64,000 nt of DNA from Octopus vulgaris (lineage: Eukaryota): contig OX597817.1 in assembly GCA_951406725.2 (NCBI GenBank), positions 78,120,001 to 78,184,000 of the forward strand, read 5' to 3'. A program made the position numbers and the translations under genes. Below the pieces are notes generated by a model. The model did no database searches. It was not told the origin of the DNA and saw only the letters and a program-made list of their open reading frames with translations. This document shows, piece after piece, positions 53,628 to 64,000 of the stretch (its first letter is position 1; each line of letters opens with the position of its first letter).

Positions 53628-54320
53628 AACATTTCTAGTCCCGTAACTTTTTGATACCACTTTGTATATATTTGGGGATGCTTCCTTGCTTTGATATCAC
53701 ATGATAGTTGTAAATGAATATTGCCATCATACAAGTAATGTTTTACATTTCCAATTTGCTTAGAAAGCATGTTTGGTGATAGGAAAATATTAGCTCACTT
53801 GAAAACAGGTAAAAGATGACAACAAAGGGGTATATTTGCCTCAGTAAATTCTTTCTGACCCGTGCAAACATGGAAAAGTGGATGTTAAAAAGATGGTAAT
53901 ATAATGATGCTGAAGGCAAAATCAGATATTATTTTTTTTCTCTCTACAAACACAAGAAACAAAAACTGAAAAAAGTAAAAAAAAAAAAATAAAAAATTAA
54001 ACAAACTATATACACTTACAAATTTCTTCCTTAGAAAAATACTGCAAATGACTTAACATTTTAAAGTGCTTGACTTCTTAGAAAAGGGAATGATAAATAC
54101 ATATATGTAATCTTTATATTTCATGCAAGAATATATATAACACATAATTTTTTAGTTGTTTCTATATATTCAAACAGTGTTGTTTGAATTCTTTCAACTG
54201 GAAGCTTTATCTCCAACTCGAACCGATCAATTCTTTATTTTTATGCTAAGATATGCTAAATCCATAAACATATCTGACCATCAAATTCTATATTTATGTG
54301 ATACTCTCTCTCTCTATATA

Positions 54321-54443
<123 letters not shown>

Positions 54444-54951
54444 TACTTTTTTTTTCCTTTCCTGCGTCTCTTACATTCTTTTTGTTATAACATCTCTCAT
54501 TTCTGTCCCATTTTCACCCTCTCATTCCCCTTGCAATGTGCCTAGCTTGCTCTTGTTTCATTCTTCAGTCTCACAACCTATGTATTTGATCCATCAGGAA
54601 ATATTTTATAAAATATAACTCTGATTTATATCTCCTTCTTGTACCGCAGTTTAGCTTTTATGCTCTCATTTTGTTTATTTATTTATTAACATCAATTCAA
54701 GTTACAAATATTTATCTCTATAAAGCAAAACGTACCTGCTTGTATATATTTACATTATACCTATAGACATTTATGATATATGCATATATCTATATATACA
54801 TAGATAAAGAAAAACATAAATATCTATACATACATTACATAAGTGTATACATACATACACAAGTACATTGATATACATACATATATATATATATATAAAT
54901 ATATATATATACATTACATAAGTGTATACATACATACACAAGTACATTGAT

Positions 54952-54997
<46 letters not shown>

Positions 54998-55040
54998 GCA
55001 AATGCATGTGTGTATTTGTGTTTGTGTGTGTGTTCATGCA

Positions 55041-55128
<88 letters not shown>

Positions 55129-55156
55129 TACACACATACATATATATATATACACT

Positions 55157-55194
<38 letters not shown>

Positions 55195-55688
55195 GATAGA
55201 TAGATAGTTAGATAAATAGATCAATATATTTCCATGTATACATGTTAATACATACAAACACACACACACACATGCATGCACACTTACCCACTCACACATC
55301 AGTATGTATATATATATATACAAATATATATTTGCATATATACTTATATTTATCTATGTATTTACATGTAGAAATATGCTTGTGTATATATGCATGAATG
55401 TGTGAAATGTGTGCGTGTGTGTGTGTGTATACATACACACACATTTTTTCCCTTTTTAACTTGAAATGAATTTTTCCAACCCCAAATATGTATATACAAT
55501 TGTGTTAGTGACATTATTTTTTTATATGCATGTGTATGCATGTGTATGGTTGGCAATTTACAACCATGCATACTTATGCAGAGTCATGAAGATATACATT
55601 TTTATATGAACACACATACACACATATGCAAATATATGTACACAGATGCACATAAATAAATCTACGAGGATATATGTATATGTATGTG

Positions 55689-55720
<32 letters not shown>

Positions 55721-56121
55721 CATGTGTGTATGTATGTATATATATATATATATATGTATATATGCATATATATATGTATATATGTATATATGTGTGTGTA
55801 TGTATACATATATATATAAATAAATAAATATATATATACACGCATCTATCTATATATATATGTTTGATTATGCATATATATATCTATGCACACAAACACA
55901 AATATATAACCATATGCAAGTGTGTGTGTGTATGTATATATATACATATACACAAAAACAAACATATAAACGAGTGTTTTTTATGTTTATATGCATATGT
56001 GTTAAGATGTATATTTCTACACATGTATTTATAAGGATTTCAAATTTATATTTGTATATATGTACATACATCTGTGTATGTATATACATACAGTACATGC
56101 ATACACACACATATATAGATG

Positions 56122-56189
<68 letters not shown>

Positions 56190-57188
56190 TATATATATAT
56201 ACATATTATGTACACACTGTGCATATGTGAATCTATGGAGTCTGTGAATGCATGCAAACACCATTATCTTTTGACTGAAACCAGTCAGTTTTGTATCATA
56301 AATCATTGATAGGGTGAAAGAAAAAAAAAATTATTAGCAAGAAATATTTCAGGTAAACAACAATGTTATATTTTCTAAATATTTCTCATCTGCACTCTTA
56401 TCGAATAAACATCTGTCTGCAAGGACAGATCGATCTTGATTGCCAACCAATCTGCTAGAAATAGCAGCCAAATCTTTCTCCAATCAAAGCCCAAGATGTT
56501 TTAATGACAAATGCAAAAAGTAAAAAAAAAATTTTAATGTAAGAAAATATTGAATTGTGTTGTTTGAAATAATTTGCAAGGGCAAAACAGGATGGTCATA
56601 GCTGGAATGTTTTTAATTATAGGACTGTTAAATCAGGTTTAAATAACCTTTCAACTTAGGTGCATGGCCAACAATTTTCTATTACTTTATTTTGTTTAGT
56701 ATGAAGGTGTGCGTGGCTTAGTGGTTAGGGAATTCGGCTCACAATTGCAAGGTTGTGAGTTCAATTCCTGGTGATGCATTGTGTCCTTGAGCAAGACACT
56801 TTATTTCACATTGCTCCGGTTCACTCAACTGGCAAAAATGAATAGTACCTGTCTTTCAAAGGGCCAGCCTTGTCACGCTCTGTGTCATGCTATGTTAAGG
56901 GTACTCATGTCTGCGGAGTGCTCAGTGCAGAGGTTTGGTCGATACCATTCATTCCAGTGTGTTTATATATATATATATATATCTTTTACTTGTTTCAGTC
57001 ATTAGACTATGGCCATACTGGGGCATCACCTTAAATAATTTTTAGTTGAATGAGTTGACCCCTGTACTTTTCTTGTTAAAGCTTACTACTTATACTATTT
57101 GTTTCTTTTGTTGAGTCTCTAAGTCACAGGGATGTAAACAAACCAACACCAGTTGTCAAGTGGTGGTGGTGGAGGACAAATACAGACA

Positions 57189-57226
<38 letters not shown>

Positions 57227-57829
57227 TATATGATGGTCTTCTTTCGGCTTCCACTGTCAGGTCCACTCATAAGGCTTTGGTCAGCTTGTAGTTATAGTAC
57301 AAGACACATACCCAAGGTACCATGCAGAGAGACTGAACCTGGAACCATGTGATTAGGAAGCCAATCTCTTACCACACAGCTATGCCTATATGTGTGTCTA
57401 TAAGTACACTAATAGATGATAGACTGCTCTCAGTTTCCATTTACCAAATCCACTCACAAGGGGTTTTCTCAGCCCAGTGTTATAGTAAAAAACAGTTGAC
57501 CAAGTGGCAACTGAGTGGGAATTAACCAAAAACCATTGTATTTTGAAGCAAACTTCTTAATCACACAACAGCAATGAGAAAAAATATTCAATGAATGAAA
57601 ATATAACACAACAAAGGAACTAATGTTTGGCACTGTGCTCAACCACTCTACACCTAAAGTCACAGCAATTCTTTATAGAAATGGACAATCATTAGTTCTT
57701 TAACTCAACTACAAATACACAGCTATGATTGTTAGTGGAAGAGTGCCATTGTCAAGTCTTCCAGCAGAGAAACAAATTTGTTGCAACCAATTTTTTTTGC
57801 AGATATAAATACTGAAGAATAATTTTGTT

Positions 57830-57906
57830 GATGAGGTGACCGAGTGGTTAAGGCGATGAATCCATTGGGGGTCTCCCCCATATGAGTTCGAATCTCATCC
57901 TCATCG
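57830..57906 (+). pseudogene. tRNA-Ser-derived sequence lacking the anticodon loop
   Basis: Acceptor GATGAGG/CCTCATC with G discriminator; D arm CCGAGTGGTTAAGGCG; long variable arm GGGGG-TCT-CCCCC; T arm ATGAG-TTCGAAT-CTCAT; anticodon arm reduced to ATG^AATCCAT (about 7 nt missing). Confidence 0.85.
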
Positions 57907-58217
57907 ATCATCACTTTTAACGGCGGTGCGTCAGCATGGCCACAACTCTGAGCTGAAACTACAGAAAAAGAAAAGAAAGATTAATTTTATTTTTCTTTTG
58001 CTTGTTTCAGTCATCTGACTATGACCATGCTGGAGCACCAAATTGAAGAGAAATTTTAGTTAGACAAATCAACCTCAGGACTTATTCTTTATAAGCTTAG
58101 TACCTATTATATTGGTCTTTTTTTTTTGCTGAATTGCTAAGTTATGGGGACATAAGCACACGAACATTGGTTGTCAAGTGATGGTGGTGGAGGACAAACA
58201 TAGACACAAACACACAA

Positions 58218-58265
<48 letters not shown>

Positions 58266-58274
58266 TTATGCAAA

Positions 58275-58488
58275 CAGTAATCCCTTGACTATCATGGGTG
58301 TTACATTCCAAGACCCCCTACAATAGGTGAAAATCTACGAAGTAGAAACAGTACTCAACTGTATATTATTTTATTGTTATTTTTATAATTTGTATATATC
58401 TATTTTATTATAAATGCAAAACAACACCATGGAGGAATCAGCATAAGCTTAAATAATAAATTGAGATAGGTGAACTGCAATATTACTG
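58275..58488. mobile_element. Tigger/pogo-like MITE nested in the microsatellite linker of a family-A SINE (57990-58680, minus)
   Basis: Ends cagtaatccc.. / ..attactg-ta; ttacattccaagacccc motif; the SINE continues on both sides. Confidence 0.7.
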
Positions 58489-59067
58489 TATATATATATG
58501 CTTACACATACACAATGGGCTTCTTTCAGTTTCTGTCTGCTAAATCCACAGACAAGGCTTTGGTTGGCCTGAGGCTATAGTAGAAGATACTTGCCTAAGC
58601 TACCATGCAAAGGGTCTGAAACAGGAACCATGTAGTTGGGAAAGAATCTTCTTACCACACAACCATGCCTGTGCCTGTAATTATCCAAATGTCTCATTTT
58701 TGGCCTATACCCTAGCCTTCTACCAGTTGGCATAGCTTGAAGAATCTATCTTGCAATTCTTTCTTAAGATATTCTAATCACAAGTCCATAGTACTGGAAC
58801 TGTAACCTCTCGATGTGGACAAGTAGCAGCTCAACCTGGAGAGACTTCCTGATCTAGGAACTATGCACCCTGTATCAGACTTCTGTGCCTGTCTTGGCAC
58901 TGTTTTTACACCTGGGTGCCTTTCCTAACACCAACAAGTGTGAAAAATTCCATCTGTGTAAAACTTTTCAAAAATATCAGATCAGATACATGAAACAAAT
59001 AAGATCCACAGTAGCTTCCAAATCCTGAATCCTAGCTTCCTAATCTCTAAAATCCTAATCTTGCTAT

Positions 59068-59470
59068 ACTCTTTTACTTGTTTCAGTCATTTGACTGTGG
59101 CCATGCTGAAGCACAGCCTTTAGTCAAACAAATTGACCCCAGGACTTATACTTTGTAAGCCTAGTACTTATTCTATTGGTCTCTTTTGCCGAACCGGTAA
59201 GTTACGGGGACGTACACACACCAGCATTGGTTGTCAAGCAATGTTGTTGGGACAAACACAGTTACACAAACATATAGACACACTCATACACACACACAGA
59301 TATATATACCTATATACGACGGGCTTCTTTCAGTTTCCATCTGCCAAATCCACTCACAAGGCTTTGGTCAGCCTGAGACTATAGTAGAAGACACTTGCCC
59401 AAGGTGCTACGCAGTGGGACTGAACCCAGTACCCTGTGGTAGGTAAGCAAGCTACTTACCACACAGCCAT
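59068..59470 (-). mobile_element. SINE family A, full length
   Basis: Reverse complement of 51366-51758. Confidence 0.9.
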
Positions 59471-59849
59471 TCTTATGATGCATTGCATAATGATGTCTCA
59501 GTGTACAAAGATAAAAGACAGGATGGTCACAGCTGGAATGCATTTGCTCATAGGTTTGCAGGGACTGAGCAGCATTGACAACTACAAAAGCAATAACAAA
59601 CTAGCCCTGCAAAAAATAGCAACCAAATCTCTTTTGACTATCTTGAGGAAAAAAGGACATATTGGGTAAAACAGTTTCAGATAACTCTGTATTATCTGAA
59701 TACTTGTTGGGAAGGTTGAGGTTGGTATGTTCTTGTGCATAAAAAAGTCTGCTTCATCAGAGCTGAAGTGTGGCAACAACAACAAATACCACCACCACCA
59801 CTACTACTACTACTACTAATACTAATAATAATAATAATAATAATAATAA

Positions 59850-60995
59850 TCCTTTCTTCTAAAGGCACAAGGCATTAAATTTTGGGAGTGGGGATTAGCT
59901 AATTACACCGACCCAATGTTTCCCTGGTACTTAATTTCATCGAACTTAAGGAATTTGAAATCAGAACACGAAGACAGATGAAATACCTATTTCTTTACTA
60001 CCCACAAGGGGCTAAGCACAGAGGAGACAAACAAGGACAGACAGACAGATTAAGTCGATTATATCACCCCAGTGCGTAACTGGTACTTAATTTATCGCCC
60101 CCAAAAGGATGAAAGGCAAAGTCGACCTCGGCGGAATTTGAAATCAGAACGTAACGGCAGACGAAATACCGTTAAGCATTTCGCCCAGCGTGCTAACGTT
60201 TCTGCCAGTTCGTTGCCTTAATAACAATAATCCTTTCTACTAAAGGCTCAAGGCTTGAAATTTGTAGGGAAGGGACTAGTTGATTACATTGACCCCACTG
60301 TTTCACTGGTACTTAATTCAGTGATCCCTAAAGGATGAAAGGCAAAGTTGACTTTGGCAGAATTAGAACTCAGAACGTAATGCTGGGTGAAATACTGCTA
60401 AACATTTCATCTAGCATGCTAACAAGTCTGCCAGCTTGCTGCTTTAATGATAATCATCATCCTCATCATCATCATCATTGTTTAACGTCCACTTTCCATG
60501 CTAGCATGGGTTGGACGATTTGACTGAGGTCTGGCGAACCAGATGGCTGCACCAGACTCCAATCCGATCTGGCAGTTTCTACAGCTGGATGCCCTTCCTA
60601 ATGCCAACCACTCCGAAAGTGAGTGTAGTGGGTGCTTTTACGTGCCACCAGCACGAGGGCGAGTCAGGCAGTACTGGCAATGGCCACGCTCAAATGGTGC
60701 TTTATATGTGCCATCTGCACAGGAGCCAGTCCAGCGGAACTGGCAATGACCTTGCTCGAATGTTTTTTCACGTGCCACCAGCACAAGTGATAGTAAGGCA
60801 ATGCAGGCAGCAGTTTTGGAGGAGGAGATGAGTTGATTACATTAATCCTCTGTGTTCAATTAGTTCTTATTTTATCGACCCTGAAAGGACAAAAGGCAAA
60901 ATCGACCTCAGCGGAATTAGAACTCAGAACATAATGATGGGCAAATACTGCTAAACATTTCATCCAGTGTGCTAACAAGTCAGCCAGCTCGCTGT
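59850..60995 (-). mobile_element. Cluster of family-B SINEs and a (CAT)n-tailed repeat
   Basis: Repeated family-B motifs; near-consensus copy at 59975-60220. Confidence 0.85.
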
Positions 60996-61339
60996 CTTAA
61001 TAATAATAATAATAATAATAACAACCACCACCACTACTACCACAACTAATATTACATTGACCAATGAGAGAGCACAAATCTAGTGATGAAACAAGCACTA
61101 ATGACTAAATTGTGACCAAATTGCTCTGCTAGACACCATAGTACCCCATCAGCTTAGCCAAGTGAAACCGTTATAGTCACACGATATGGCTGTCTCTCTG
61201 TTTGTCTGTCTGTCTGCCTTCTGGGGAGTCATTACAACATATTCCATTTGTTTTTTTTCCTCCTCCATCCCCTCTCTTTCCTCCTCTCTGTCTCCCTCTT
61301 TGTTACTCTTGTATTTTTTGCTGACAAACAATGATACAT

Positions 61340-61813
61340 TGTATCAAATTTCTCTCTCTCTCTCTCTTTCGCTGTCCTTGTCTATCTCTCTTTGTCTATT
61401 TGTCTCTCTGTTTCTGTCTCTCTGTCTTCTTTTTTGCCTTTTCTATTTGCTGACATTGATATATTAAGTCTCTACTCTCTCTTCCTCTGCCTCTCTCCCT
61501 GTCTCTTTCTCTCTCTCTCTCTCTCTCTCTGTATCTCTCTTTCTTTCACTGTTTGTCTATCTGCCTGTCTCTCTCTCTTTCTCTCTTTCTCTTTCTCTCA
61601 TTCTCTCTCTCTCTCTCTCTTTCTCTCATTCTCTCTCTCTTTCTCTCATTCTCTCTCTCTTGCTCTCTTTCTCTCATTCTCTCTCTCTTGTTCTCTTTCT
61701 CTTTCACTTTTTTCAAACAAACATTGATACAGTGTATCTCTCATCTCTCTCTCTCTCTCCCTGTCTCTCTCTGTCTCCCCCGCTGTCTGTCTGTCTCTCT
61801 GTGTGTGTCTCTC

Positions 61814-61860
<47 letters not shown>

Positions 61861-63030
61861 ATCTCTATGTCAATGTCTGTCTCTCTGGCAATGTCTGTCA
61901 CACACACACACACACACACACATTCTCGCTTTATCTCTGTCTGTGCTGGTCTCTCATTTACACTCTCCTTTATATGCACTCTTTCTCTCTCTCACTCTCT
62001 CTCTCTCTCTCTGTCAGTTACTCTCTTTAATATTCACTTTTTTGCAGACAAACACTGATACACTGTATCCCTTCCCTCAGTCTCTCTCTTTCTCATTCTC
62101 TCTCTGTCAATCCTTCTCTCGCTCCCTCCCTCTCTCTCACTCACCCCCTTACCACTGCCATTCTCATTAACAGCTCTGCATCAAACCTGAAACCATCGCA
62201 ATATACTGATTCACTTAAATCTTCATCTTTTGTTCATTTACTCAGCTTACCTCCCCCTCCCCCAGAATCATATACAGACTCCTTCTCTTCTCTTCTTCCT
62301 TTTCTTCTTCGTCATACGTCTCTTCCTCTCCCTCCTCTCCCTTTTTCCTCCTTCTCATCACCCATACTCACACATCAACTTAATGCAGTGGAAAGGTGTG
62401 AACAAAAGTGTCAAATCTATGCATGAATGCACACGCGCTCTCACACACACACACACACATGCATACACACATATACACAAATTTATGTGCACATACACAT
62501 TCAGATACATATACACATACTCAAATTTATACATACACACATTCACATTCAAACATACACTCATATGTGTACACATGCATTCACACATGCTGACATTCAA
62601 ACATACATGCACACACATTCAAACACACACAGACACACTCTCAAAATATATATACACAATGCTGAACACACAATCAAGCATTCATATACATATACACACT
62701 CTTGCACACACACGATCGAGCATACAGATATACACAGAGTTAAACACACACGCACACACACATAGTCAAACATAGATGCACATTCATAAACACACTCACT
62801 CAAACACACACATATACACTCAAATAAACAGACACATTCAAACATACACATACTCAAACATACACATACACACTCAAGCACACATATATATACTCTCAAA
62901 CACTCAGATACACTTAAACATGCACACACACTCAAACACACACACACTCCAATATGCACACACACACACACACACTCAAACACACACACATACACTCACA
63001 CTTTCACACATACACCCACATGTACATAAC
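61340..63030. repeat. Extended low-complexity (CT)n then (CA)n region
   Basis: Directly visible; source of the S/L- and H/T-rich pseudo-ORFs. Confidence 0.95.
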
Positions 63031-63479
63031 TATGCATACACATGTTTCTACTAACCCGATGTGATGCCGTGAAAGGCTCTATTATAATTATCTAATTAGA
63101 CCTCTGCAAATGCCTTGATTACAGGATGGTTTTCCCCGACCCCTCACCCCACCCTGCACACTCCTTCCCACTCACCCACCCTCACAAACTCATCTCTGCA
63201 ACTGCATCCCATTGCGATCGTGGCACTGAATTCTGAAGCTGCAACGAAATTCTGTGTGAAGGAAATTAAGATTGCACTAATTAGCTATAAGAGAACCATA
63301 TTCGGTTGATGCACATCACTGCTGCAGCTGACACCCCCACAAATTCACCACTGCCACTGCTGTGTTTCCCCACCATTGCCACAACTGCCACCACCCTGCC
63401 ACCGTCACCGCCACCATCAACACTGCCACCACCACTCCTTGTTTCACAGTTTTGTTTTCTAGCTTTGTGCATGTGTGTG

Positions 63480-63530
<51 letters not shown>

Positions 63531-63747
63531 GCAGATAGATAAATAGATATATATGAATATATATATTGTATATATACATATAAATATATATATATATATA
63601 CATATATATATACGTATATACACATATATACATATATATATACATATGTTTATATATATATGTGTGTATATATATATACATTGATAGATAAATATATATA
63701 TCTATATATATATATATCTGCACACATACACCAGATGCATATATATA

Positions 63748-63850
<103 letters not shown>

Positions 63851-64000
63851 TATATATGCATGCATACACCATATGCAAATACATGGAAATACACATACCA
63901 GTGTATGAATACACACACACACATGCATACTTATGTATTGAAATGTTAGAAATAGCATAGACAATGAATAACATGATAAAAATGTTGTATTTGTCTGATG

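Overview
AT-rich, microsatellite-dense eukaryotic DNA with no intact protein-coding gene that I can support. Nearly all ORF-track entries are translations of (TA)n, (CA)n, (TATG)n, (AAT)n or (CT)n tracts, or of SINEs. The repeat repertoire looks like an octopus-type cephalopod genome (inference, from recognition of the tRNA-derived SINE families). The window is an intergenic or large-intron TE graveyard: three abundant tRNA-headed SINE families, decayed Tc1/mariner transposases, hAT/Tigger/mariner MITEs, LINE remnants (RTE, REL-endonuclease R4/HERO-like, CR1/L2-like) and a Penelope GIY-YIG remnant. The most notable signal is several unrelated non-coding repeat families carrying minimal type-I hammerhead ribozyme (HHR) motifs, usually beside (TA)n and often with foldback architecture. 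The best case is a young element at 45495-46686: a 555-bp ORF-less monomer in partial tandem plus an inverted copy, with complete hammerheads on both strands, i.e. a candidate retrozyme or non-autonomous Penelope-like system. An anticodon-deleted tRNA-Ser copy fused to a SINE tail is also present. All coordinates were read by eye and element boundaries are approximate.
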